A stretch of DNA of 28,175 nt from Promethearchaeota archaeon Loki_b31 (GTDB taxonomy: Archaea > Asgardarchaeota > Lokiarchaeia > Sigyniarchaeales > SOKP01): NCBI GenBank assembly GCA_005222975.1, contig NJBI01000046.1, forward strand, positions 1-28,175, given 5' to 3'. A program made the translations under genes and the position numbers. The first letter of the stretch is position 1. Every line of letters begins with the position of its first letter. Below, piece after piece: positions 16,744 to 26,127 of the stretch. The notes below the pieces were generated by a model. That model did not search any database. It was not told where the DNA came from and saw nothing but the letters and a program-made list of their open reading frames with translations.

Positions 16744-17919
16744 TTAATAGCTAATCTGTGCTCCACAATTTCTACAAGCTTTAATTTCATCGTTCATTTT
16801 ATTTAAGCAAGGTTCGTGATAATAGGCTCCGCATTTTTCGCATTGAAATGCTTTATAATCTCCTAAAAAGATGCTGTGACAAAAAGTACAAGATACATCG
16901 ATTTCATCGATTTGAGATTCTGGAATTAATCTCATTCTTGTAGTGTTTATACCGCTTTCATCGATTAATTTTATTTTAGGCTCGTTGTCGGGCTTATCCT
17001 CGACTAACTTTAATGCTGATAATGGAAGTTCTAACAAGAAGTAACAGAAAGGGCACCTGAAAACCATTTCTTTGTATTCTGTTTTTTTAGCCCACATCGC
17101 TGTGCAAGAAAGATGCATAGGGCGCTCACACGATGGGCAATACCTTCCTTCGCTAAAGAAATCCGCTCCCGTTATTGGTGATTTTACTGAGTGACAAATT
17201 TGGCATTTTTCTTGCCCCCTTTCCTTACTACTCATCATTAACCTAATATCTAATACGCTTGGTCTCCTCAGTGGTAAAGCGATATCGCTTATCAGAGGGG
17301 CTAACTCGTTTTTTTTATTTGGTCCAAAATAGTCAGTCGTTATTTTACTCTCCTTTTTCGGCGCGAACGACCTTCCAGCATTTAATACCGCTTTTGAATT
17401 GTTAAAAAATCCAAACTTTCCGCCTGTAAGCCTTACAATCTTTTTTAAAATACTTTGAGAATAATCTTGCGTTTTGCCTAATTGGCAAGCATCAATATAT
17501 ATCCCCAATCCTTTAGCAATATTGACTATTTTTTCAATTTTATTGCTAAGCTTCAATTTATTATCCGAAATAATAAATATTCTATATGTTTTTCCTCCCA
17601 ATTTCCGCATCTCCTTTACTAAGATTTGCAAAGAAAAGGCTAATCCTTCGTCTAATATACCAATCCCAGAGATATCAATTTTCTTTAAAGAGTTAATCAA
17701 TTTTTCTTCTTCATGTGTAAAGGAATTCAGTTTCCTTATAGTTGCCCCAAAAGAGAGCAATGCAATTCTATCTTTAGGATCGATCGTAAATTTCTCACTA
17801 ATAAAGTTTTTAGCGGTTTCTAAGGCGACAAAAAATCGATTAGGCTTAAAGTCTTTTCTTAACATAGATCGAGAAGAATCTATGAGCACAACGCAGTCTT
17901 CTATCTTTATATCGTGCAA
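16744..17919 (-). CDS. vWA (Ssl1/p44/Rpn10-like) domain protein with two C4HC3 RING-like fingers
   Basis: VLIDSSRSMLRKDFKPNRF vWA start (DxSxS). Fingers: CQIC-x18-CPSC-x4-HLSC-x16-CPFC and CTFC-x12-CEKC-x4-HEPC-x10-CRNC. Confidence 0.85.
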   Translation of the reverse strand: MHDIKIEDCVVLIDSSRSMLRKDFKPNRFFVALETAKNFISEKFTIDPKDRIALLSFGATIRKLNSFTHEEEKLINSLKKIDISGIGILDEGLAFSLQILVKEMRKLGGKTYRIFIISDNKLKLSNKIEKIVNIAKGLGIYIDACQLGKTQDYSQSILKKIVRLTGGKFGFFNNSKAVLNAGRSFAPKKESKITTDYFGPNKKNELAPLISDIALPLRRPSVLDIRLMMSSKERGQEKCQICHSVKSPITGADFFSEGRYCPSCERPMHLSCTAMWAKKTEYKEMVFRCPFCYFLLELPLSALKLVEDKPDNEPKIKLIDESGINTTRMRLIPESQIDEIDVSCTFCHSIFLGDYKAFQCEKCGAYYHEPCLNKMNDEIKACRNCGAQISY

Positions 17920-18029
17920 TTTTTTTTTTAGAAATATTCAATGAATTTAAAAGAATTAAAAAAAGTTAGTCTTAAATAGGTTTCTATTCTATGCGCGTTT
18001 TTTCGATTTATCCTTATATTTTTCTTCGT

Positions 18030-19388
18030 TTATTTCTTGCTTAAAAAGTTATAAGCAAAAAGCGCATATACCTTAATTGCACTGATAAAATCTTGAATTT
18101 CTATATATTCATCTATCGCGTGAGCAGTCCCCATGCTACCTGGTCCAAATAAGATAGTCTGTGGACAATATCCATCGTTGCGCATGTAATGTGCGTCAGC
18201 AGAGGCGGGTAAAAGAAAATAAAATGGTTTTTTTTCGTAAATGGTTTCGATGATATTATAAAGTTCTTTTAAATCTTGAGATTCCTCCCACTGCTTCCAG
18301 TAGGATCCCTCAGATGCGTTAAAGATTTCTAGTACAACACAAATTTCCTTTGAAGTACCCGGTTGTTGATTTTTAACAATATAACCTAAATCATTTTCGA
18401 TTAACTTCTTTAAAGCATTCATAATCGCATCAACTTTTTGTCCGGGTAAAAGTCTGAAATCGATTATAATTTCACACGAATCAGGAATTACATTTTCTTT
18501 AATTCCTCCTTTTATCATCGTTACTGCTTTAGAAAATTTAACGAGAGATTGGAGAACATTTTGCAACAAAGGTTGGTCGTTTAGGATTCTTTCTAGAATC
18601 TTTTCACTTGGAAATGCTACCCCAATCATTTTTTTAAGCTTGTCCCTTTCTATAGGTGGTTCAATTTTAGGTATATACTCATCAATTCTATCTAATTTTT
18701 CAATAATTTCACTCATCATATATATTGCATTTTTACCCATTGAAGGCATTGAAGCGTGACCAGAAATTCCTTTCGTAGTTATTTTTACTTGAAGATGTCC
18801 TTTTTCGCCTAACAATATTGCTTTTGGAAGAGGATTAAGCCCCGAAGGTTCCCCAATAATCGCAAAATCACATTTGATCGACTTTAGAGGATTATCTATA
18901 CACCACGCAGTCCCCAATTTTCCTCCAGTTTCCTCATCTGCTACGGCGTTTAAAATCAAGTTGCCTGAAACTTCGATTTTTAACGATTTTAAAATTTTCA
19001 GTGCTATAACCATCGCAACCAATCCACCCTTCATGTCAGCAGCACCTCTACTAAATATATACTTATTTCGCTTAATATATGCCGAAAAGGGAGGATATTT
19101 CCAATCTTCCTCTGAACCGGGAGGGACTACATCCATGTGTCCGTTATATAAAAGATTTTTCCCGCTAAAATTATCATTTAAATAGGCAATTAAATTCGCT
19201 CGATTATCCCCAAATGGAAAAATTTCAGTTTTTATTCCTATTTCTTTTAAGTAATCTTCAATAATTATAGCAACATTTTTTTCATTGCCAGGGGGATTAA
19301 TTGAGTCTGCTTGAATAATTTTCCTAAAAAATTCGATAAATTCCTCTTTATTTTGGTCAATTTCATTAAGAATTGATTTTTCACTCAT
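18030..19388 (-). CDS. M20 family metallohydrolase (ArgE/DapE-like)
   Basis: NGHMDVVP, RGAADMKGG, ADEETGG, GEP, GHAS.P..G.NAI, GG.KENVIPD, AHAIDEYI. Confidence 0.95.
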   Translation of the reverse strand: MSEKSILNEIDQNKEEFIEFFRKIIQADSINPPGNEKNVAIIIEDYLKEIGIKTEIFPFGDNRANLIAYLNDNFSGKNLLYNGHMDVVPPGSEEDWKYPPFSAYIKRNKYIFSRGAADMKGGLVAMVIALKILKSLKIEVSGNLILNAVADEETGGKLGTAWCIDNPLKSIKCDFAIIGEPSGLNPLPKAILLGEKGHLQVKITTKGISGHASMPSMGKNAIYMMSEIIEKLDRIDEYIPKIEPPIERDKLKKMIGVAFPSEKILERILNDQPLLQNVLQSLVKFSKAVTMIKGGIKENVIPDSCEIIIDFRLLPGQKVDAIMNALKKLIENDLGYIVKNQQPGTSKEICVVLEIFNASEGSYWKQWEESQDLKELYNIIETIYEKKPFYFLLPASADAHYMRNDGYCPQTILFGPGSMGTAHAIDEYIEIQDFISAIKVYALFAYNFLSKK

Positions 19389-19548
19389 GATACTATTTAA
19401 CCAACTTCACGATTAATTTTGATAATAAAAATGTTTTGAACATTTATAATATTTTGTCATATAGAATTCTATCTGATAAGTTTAAAATAAATTAGCAAAT
19501 TTTAATATTCTTAGATAATTTTAAAAACTAAAATATTGATAAATACGG

Positions 19549-22500
19549 TTGGTTTATTTGATTCGACGAAAAAAGGATGTTAAAAGATTTTTTTTTGTAA
19601 GTATATTCATAATTTCTATGCTTTTAGTGAATATTCAGATTTTTAATGGTTTATATGTAGATAGTAGTAATAGCCAACTAACAAATTTGTTAAACGACGA
19701 TAATAACCTTTTTTCTTCTGAAACTGACCCGTACCTAACAGATTATTACATTAACGGCTCAGGAGACAATCAAGACGTTAGAATTTACGCTTTAAATAGT
19801 TCGTATTCAAATGATAATAATACAGGATCTTTTGACATTCCTTCTATGTCAGTTACTGATACGACATATCTCACATATGGAAATTTTAACTTCACGTTCC
19901 AGAATAATTACACAACAGATCACGTAATAGAAGATACAAGCGCGTTAGACGCAAGCGATTTCATAAAATTTACTTATAACGAAGATGATTCCTCAATGAA
20001 TGTGAATACTGGAGAGGCTCTTGATGATATCTATTTAAACAAGCTCGTTGATGGAAATCTTAATACCTATATCGAATTAAACTCTTCGAGCGGAATTTTA
20101 AATTTTACGATCGATTCGAGTTTTGCAGGTACATCATATAACAGCACAAGTCCAGAAATTAACCTCGCGTTTAATAGATCTTTTATATTAGGCTTAATTT
20201 CAACTTTTTCACATAGTATCGATAAGGATGCTTATTTAACAATAAAATTATTTGATACTGATTCCTCGTGGAAGAATGTCACGGAAGCTTTCTTTATAAA
20301 TCACAGTTTAGGTATTCAACCAGATATAAAATTTTCATATATTAATGAAAATTTAAATTATATAAACTCTTCCGATATTACTCAAATACAGTTTTTCCTT
20401 CAAAGATTTGATAGTACTGATTATATATTTAGATTAAGAGAATTCAAATTGGATACTACTTACGCATTTGATTTACCAATTACAAATAGTGAATACATCG
20501 CTTTAGAGTTTGATTTGAAGGGAGAAAATTCGGCAGTAAACGGTTTTTACGCTTGGATAAGAACATTAAACCTTACTGAAGCCCTTACCGCAGAACTAAA
20601 TATAACTTTATACGAAGCTAATGCAACAATAACAAGAAAACAAGATGATTTATTATCAAATAATTTAAAACCTAACAACGCTAAATTACTCGATTCAATA
20701 ATAATTAATAATAGTAAATATCATGGAGATTCTTTATCCTATTTCGAATTTAACCAAGCGAATACTCAAAATCTAAAACTCTATAATTATTTCATAGTAA
20801 TTAAATCAAACCATGCAGATAAGATATTTAGTTTAGTAACCCTTCCCAGGCAAACTTTTGGAGATCCAAATTCTACTGTAGATCATCAATTAAGAACGAC
20901 TAATGACGATGGTCTAACCTGGAGTGTTGCCAAAAAAGAAGTAACTCCAACTTACGAGTCTGAAGAATTAGATGCAACGGCTTTTAAATTGAACGTAACG
21001 CGCGGATATATACCTTCTGACTTCATAAATCCTGACGATATTCAAGATACGCTAAGAATACAAGATATTTCAATAGAAGATCAAATTATCAGCGATCCTC
21101 CTTACAATGTAAGCTCATCGTTAACTTGGGGAAAAGGGCAATGGAACAATAACTTTACAGTCGAAATTGAAAGTAATATTTCGACTTTATATAATTTCCA
21201 AATAGATCTCACATGGAATAGTACTATTATTCAAGGGTTTAAATTCAATGTTACTTATACAGTAAATGGTTATTGGGTAGAAAACGCGAATAGTTATTAT
21301 GAGGTATCATACGATACACCTCCAAGATGGAAACTAAATTATACTTTAGATTTAGGTCATACAAATCTTTATAATTGGAATTTCCTTGAATTTTGGTTTG
21401 TATATCCCAACGATTGGGACGCAAAGAACCTGACTAATCCAAATTACGATGATATTTACGAAGAAGTTGTAAATAGCACAGGAGGAGAGACTAATTTTGA
21501 CGCTAACCCTATGTATGATTTTACAGCGATTACTAGCGCCGTAGTTAACGATACTGGTGGACCCTACTCTCTTAATTTAACGAGTAGCAACCACATACAA
21601 GAGATGCACAGTTACATTAATTACAATGGAATTTTATGGGAGACAAATGGATTTATGTATGGAGATAATATCTCTGTAGGAGTTGCTATCCAAGGCCCCG
21701 GCGGTATACCGCCCACAAACGGTAATGCAAATGTGACATTGTTTTTTCCATATAACAGCACCATATTTCCAGGAGCACAAATGATTTCAGGAGTAGGAGT
21801 GATTAAAGGTAATTCACTTTTTTATGACTTCAATAACCAAACTATTTTAGATGTTACCAAAGATACACCTCTCCTTGGAAATTATTATTTAGGCTATTTC
21901 TGGGAAAATGGTTCCGCAGTTGGATGTAAGAAACTGAAATTATATCTTGACACTTATGATGTTAATATGAACAGTTTATTTTACGAACCAATCTTGAATC
22001 AAAACATCCTTGCCGGCATTGTAGACATGGTTTATGAAAGTTGTTCAATGTTAATTGGTACAATAAATGTAACCGATGATAAATATTATCCAGACTTTTA
22101 CGCGGTTAATAACTCTGACATAAATCAACAATTTATTTACGAAATAAACGGCGAAGAGATACCAATATTAGTAAAAACCTTTTTACAAAATGAAACTCTT
22201 CTAAATCCCAATGAAGATATTAAAATAAACGTAACAATTCAAAATTTGCACGATTTTGTCGATTTGGAAGTAAAATTAAAAGTTCAATTATTGTCTTTGG
22301 CTAACGAAGAATGGATAATTGCCGAAAAGTATACGGATGTAAAAACTCTAAAACCAAGTGTAGATCCTAACGGTGCTGATACGCAAGAATTTTCCGTAAG
22401 TCTTACAATACCGACCTTTCAAGCAGACGAAGTTTGGCAAGGAGTAAACGCGCCCGTTAGAAAAGGAGGAGCTAAAACAATATTTACGGTCTATTTTGAT

Positions 22501-23739
22501 TACAATGGAGAAAGTCATGAAGTTGATACTTTTGAAAGTAATGAGTATTCTTTAATAATTAATAGCACTCAAAATGAATTTGAAGGGTACATTATAACTT
22601 TAAAATACGACGAGGAAATTACAGGAGCTTTTCAAAAACCGTTTGAAAGAGAAGCGTGCCAATACATGCCCAATCAAACAACACTTGTTGCAAATATATA
22701 TGATAAAAACTTCGTAAGCAGTTATAATCAATTTAATGAATCATTTTCCTTGAAAATAAATAGTCAATTCTCTGATATCGTTATTAATCCTCAAACACCA
22801 ACTTACGGACAAAAATTTAACATTAGTTCTGTGTTAACAACCGAATTCGGCGATGAAATTCCAAATAAGAATGTGACTTGCCAATATTTTAATAGTAATT
22901 TATGGGAAAACATTTCATCTCAAATTTCGGGTGCAAGTGGAGTTACAAGCTTTGAAATTGATTCTCTATCGCTACCACGTGAAGATGACCTTCTATTTAG
23001 GCTTACTTGGCAAGGAGAACAATATATTTTAGAGAATTCGCAAAATATTTCTGTGTCTTTATACAAAGTATCTAACAACATATCGTTGGGAATTGTATCG
23101 AACGTAAATCAGATTATAAGAAACGGTAAAACAACAATAAAAATAACATTAAAAAATATTGGCGATTCAGAATTAACAATTTCTAGTTCTAGTATATCTA
23201 TTATAATCGAACCTTCTTTAACATATAGCATTGTTGAGATAAACCATTATATATTAAAGAACTTCCAGCCGGGAGAATCTACAGACTTAATAATATCAAT
23301 AGAGATTCCAGCTATAAATCAGATAACGATTAACATATCAATAGAAGCAACTAATGAATTAACAAAAGAGAATATAACCGTTCAAGCGTCAAGGACTTTT
23401 GATGTTTATGATGTACCTCTTGCAAATTATATCACCGTTTACTTTACGCTAATTATAATCGGTATTTTTGTGTTATTATGGGGCGTAATGTACTTATATG
23501 TCAAAAGAACTACGAAGAAAATTGAAACTCCTATAGAAGAACCTTCTAAGAAAAAACCAAGAAGAGGAAGGTATGTAAGTGTAAGTGAATTACCCAAAGA
23601 AGAACCCAAAAAGATATCGGCAAAAAAACCAAGTAAAAAATTATCTAAAAAACAGAAACAAAAAGAACTTAAGAAAGAAAAGCCTGCAACAGATTTAGAT
23701 TCTTTATTAGAAGAAAAAGGTCTCAAAGATAAAAAATAA
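19549..23739 (+). CDS. Large membrane-anchored cell-surface glycoprotein (beta-rich/Ig-like) with Lys-rich cytoplasmic tail
   Basis: N-terminal basic plus hydrophobic signal. Asn/Thr/Ser-rich body with many N-x-S/T sequons. CARDB-like segment (ITLKNIGD...FQPGEST). TM FTLIIIGIFVLLWGVMYLYV, then a K/E-rich tail. Confidence 0.85.
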   Translation: MVYLIRRKKDVKRFFFVSIFIISMLLVNIQIFNGLYVDSSNSQLTNLLNDDNNLFSSETDPYLTDYYINGSGDNQDVRIYALNSSYSNDNNTGSFDIPSMSVTDTTYLTYGNFNFTFQNNYTTDHVIEDTSALDASDFIKFTYNEDDSSMNVNTGEALDDIYLNKLVDGNLNTYIELNSSSGILNFTIDSSFAGTSYNSTSPEINLAFNRSFILGLISTFSHSIDKDAYLTIKLFDTDSSWKNVTEAFFINHSLGIQPDIKFSYINENLNYINSSDITQIQFFLQRFDSTDYIFRLREFKLDTTYAFDLPITNSEYIALEFDLKGENSAVNGFYAWIRTLNLTEALTAELNITLYEANATITRKQDDLLSNNLKPNNAKLLDSIIINNSKYHGDSLSYFEFNQANTQNLKLYNYFIVIKSNHADKIFSLVTLPRQTFGDPNSTVDHQLRTTNDDGLTWSVAKKEVTPTYESEELDATAFKLNVTRGYIPSDFINPDDIQDTLRIQDISIEDQIISDPPYNVSSSLTWGKGQWNNNFTVEIESNISTLYNFQIDLTWNSTIIQGFKFNVTYTVNGYWVENANSYYEVSYDTPPRWKLNYTLDLGHTNLYNWNFLEFWFVYPNDWDAKNLTNPNYDDIYEEVVNSTGGETNFDANPMYDFTAITSAVVNDTGGPYSLNLTSSNHIQEMHSYINYNGILWETNGFMYGDNISVGVAIQGPGGIPPTNGNANVTLFFPYNSTIFPGAQMISGVGVIKGNSLFYDFNNQTILDVTKDTPLLGNYYLGYFWENGSAVGCKKLKLYLDTYDVNMNSLFYEPILNQNILAGIVDMVYESCSMLIGTINVTDDKYYPDFYAVNNSDINQQFIYEINGEEIPILVKTFLQNETLLNPNEDIKINVTIQNLHDFVDLEVKLKVQLLSLANEEWIIAEKYTDVKTLKPSVDPNGADTQEFSVSLTIPTFQADEVWQGVNAPVRKGGAKTIFTVYFDYNGESHEVDTFESNEYSLIINSTQNEFEGYIITLKYDEEITGAFQKPFEREACQYMPNQTTLVANIYDKNFVSSYNQFNESFSLKINSQFSDIVINPQTPTYGQKFNISSVLTTEFGDEIPNKNVTCQYFNSNLWENISSQISGASGVTSFEIDSLSLPREDDLLFRLTWQGEQYILENSQNISVSLYKVSNNISLGIVSNVNQIIRNGKTTIKITLKNIGDSELTISSSSISIIIEPSLTYSIVEINHYILKNFQPGESTDLIISIEIPAINQITINISIEATNELTKENITVQASRTFDVYDVPLANYITVYFTLIIIGIFVLLWGVMYLYVKRTTKKIETPIEEPSKKKPRRGRYVSVSELPKEEPKKISAKKPSKKLSKKQKQKELKKEKPATDLDSLLEEKGLKDKK

Positions 23740-23799
23740 AAATCAAATCTACTTTTTTTAACTTTCTTTTAAAATTTTTTTAAAAAAGAGGAAATAAAA

Positions 23800-24153
23800 T
23801 TATATCTTTGAAATTGAAATTAGGTTTCTTTTTAGAAGACTTAAAGATGCTTTCCCGTCTAAACCTGCTAAAGCAATCAGGATAATTGCATCAGACTTGA
23901 CGATTACGGCATAACCGCTTTTTAGATCGATAGTAGCAGTTTTAAATGCTCCTTTTCCGATATTATCACCCACAGTGCTCGAAAATTTTATTATAGCTAC
24001 GCAAGTTTTTGCTATCGCACTGTGATCCATTTCTGTAATCGTTTGGCCGACAATAACTTTGCCTTCCAAGTCAGAAGCTATTAAACCTTCTGTTTCAGGA
24101 ACTATGTCAAATAATTCTGCTAATTTTTTTTCAATAGCTTTTTTGTCTACCAT
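23800..24153 (-). CDS. Roadblock/LC7 domain protein (MglB/LAMTOR2-like, with C-terminal helix)
   Basis: L.EL...VPETEGLIASDLEGKVI...IA..C..I......G.NIGKG.FK..TIDLKSGYAVIV....ILIALA.....LSLL; 117 aa. Confidence 0.85.
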   Translation of the reverse strand: MVDKKAIEKKLAELFDIVPETEGLIASDLEGKVIVGQTITEMDHSAIAKTCVAIIKFSSTVGDNIGKGAFKTATIDLKSGYAVIVKSDAIILIALAGLDGKASLSLLKRNLISISKI

Positions 24154-24472
24154 AGAAATACTACTCTTTATCCATATTTATATTTATTAATGTAAATTTG
24201 AATTCTGAATTAGGTTACTCAAGTTAGTCTAAATAAATTCTTAAATATATATATATTTTAAAGAAATTTAAATTTATCAAAAATACAAAAAAAAAAGCGA
24301 AAAAATAACATTTAAATCTTAAATAGCAATTCATTGATTTGTATTAATTAGACAAAATTTTATTTTTATTATTTTAGTAATAATTTTTAAGCCTTTACTT
24401 TATTATTATTATTAAATATTATAGGTTATAGATAATAAAATCAGATAAAAAAATAATGAGAGAGAAGTTAAA

Positions 24473-24757
24473 TTGATTAATAGAAGAGAAGTTAAAGACA
24501 TCATACGTAGATTTGAGGAGCGCGAAGGAATTCGTGGAGTAATCATTTGCGACTCGAGCGGTTTACCAATAGATTCTAACATGAATATTGAAATAAGCGA
24601 AGAAATCTCTGCTTATGTAACATCGTTAATTGGAAAGGGGAAACAAGTCGTTAAAGCCTTAAAAGAAGGTGGCTTGAAATTCATACGTCTGGAGACATCA
24701 AAGGGCGAGACTATGATAGCTTTGGAAGAGCAACTTATTCTAATTATCCTAAAGTAA
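24473..24757 (+). CDS. Roadblock/LC7 domain protein (dynein light chain roadblock-like, short form)
   Basis: EVKDIIRRFEEREGIRGVIICDSSGLPIDSNM...LKFIRLETSKGETMIALEEQLILIILK; 94 aa; TTG start. Confidence 0.9.
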   Translation: MINRREVKDIIRRFEEREGIRGVIICDSSGLPIDSNMNIEISEEISAYVTSLIGKGKQVVKALKEGGLKFIRLETSKGETMIALEEQLILIILK

Positions 24758-24829
24758 ATCAATCTTTTATTGTTTTAATTTTATCAGTTATAGTTTTGTT
24801 TTTAAATTTTTCAAAATAAAAATCAGTTA

Positions 24830-25459
24830 TTAAAGAAAAAATTTCTTAAACATGTTATGCGCTCTTTCTTCCCCTATTGAAGTCAGACCCATATGTCCGG
24901 GGCAGACGAGATAATCGTCAGTGAGGGATTTATTGTACATTATTTTATATTTGATACTTGCGAATAAAAGATTTTGATCTCCTCCCTGGAAATCCGATCT
25001 TCCAATGCTCCCTCTGAATATTAAATCGCCCGAAAATAAAATACCATCAATTTTTTTGCCGTTAAATTCCTTGACATCTGAAGAATAAAAGCATAATGAC
25101 CCTGGGCTATGACCAGGCGTTTCTAATGCGTGAAGGTTAATTTCTCCGATATTTATCGAATCACCCTCGACTAACCATCTATTAGCTTCTTTTTGGAATG
25201 TCCCAGAATCGTGTTCTTTTCTACTATACATCAATGGTATTTGAAAATGGCGCGTAATTTTTCCAACTCTAGTAGTATGATCGAAATGTCCGTGAGTTAG
25301 TAAAACCGCGATAGGTTTTCCTCCTACTTGTTCGATATATTTTATAATAGTGTTTCCATCTCCACCTGGATCTATTACAACAATTTCTTTTGTTTCGTTA
25401 GAACCAAAAATGTAACAATTGGTGGCTAAAGATCCAACAACTAGCTTCTTGAAAATCAT
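24830..25459 (-). CDS. MBL-fold metallo-hydrolase (glyoxalase II/YcbL-like)
   Basis: TNCY, VIDPG, THGHFDH, TPGHSPGS, FSGD.IF.GSIGRSD, PGH. Confidence 0.93.
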   Translation of the reverse strand: MIFKKLVVGSLATNCYIFGSNETKEIVVIDPGGDGNTIIKYIEQVGGKPIAVLLTHGHFDHTTRVGKITRHFQIPLMYSRKEHDSGTFQKEANRWLVEGDSINIGEINLHALETPGHSPGSLCFYSSDVKEFNGKKIDGILFSGDLIFRGSIGRSDFQGGDQNLLFASIKYKIMYNKSLTDDYLVCPGHMGLTSIGEERAHNMFKKFFL

Positions 25460-25574
25460 GATATCTTTGCTCGCAAAAATTCGACAACTAAATCCTTTTA
25501 TTTGAAGAAGAATAAAAGAATGAAAAAATATTTACTAGGTTTTTAAGATTTAGGTACAAAACGAAGTCTACTAT

Positions 25575-25862
25575 TTATTTATTATTAATCAGATTATTAA
25601 TTTCGACTAATCTATTGTATACATCTAAACCCTTATCGGTTAGTTTAACATACTTTTTCTTGTTATTTAGTTCAATTGCGATGAGCCCTTTGTCAATTAA
25701 ATCTTCTTTTACCCGAAAAAAAGAATTATAATAGCTAAATTTATTCAATTCGTTATAAAAAGTATGCTTATCAGTTTTATAACCTTTAAATTGAATAAGG
25801 ACTTCCAAAGTATCTCTAAAACCTTTCTTCTTTAAAAAATTTATCAAATCGTCAATAGTCAT
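25575..25862 (-). CDS. Small winged-helix protein
   Basis: 95 aa with a C-terminal wing motif LIDKGLI.......KYVKLTDKGLDVY. Confidence 0.7.
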   Translation of the reverse strand: MTIDDLINFLKKKGFRDTLEVLIQFKGYKTDKHTFYNELNKFSYYNSFFRVKEDLIDKGLIAIELNNKKKYVKLTDKGLDVYNRLVEINNLINNK

Positions 25863-26127
25863 AATATCCCTTTCCTTAGTTTAATGATAACATTTAATTT
25901 TACTTAAATGTAATAAATAAAAAGTAACAAATTTAAAAAACGTTATGAAAATTTTTATTATTATATTAATGATAAACTATAATGAGTTTAACATTAGGCT
26001 CAGAATAATTAACGACATAAATAAATTCGAATCTCTTTTAACTTAAAATACACTTTAAAGAAATTTAATTATGAACTTCTTACCAATTTATCAAACTTTA
26101 TAATTCGATGTTAATTTTTTATCATGA

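Noticed and set aside
1219-23726. Short antisense ORFs in the track (e.g. 1219-1452, 1847-2071, 2639-2830, 9196-9426, 13756-14004, 17474-17944, 18874-19185, 23439-23726)
   Set aside because: They lie wholly or almost wholly opposite well-supported genes and show shadow-ORF composition with no motifs.
24154-24455. Very AT-rich spacer as replication origin or repeat array
   Set aside because: No ORB-like repeats, no adjacent orc1/cdc6 gene and no regular repeat-spacer structure. It is consistent with a divergent promoter region.
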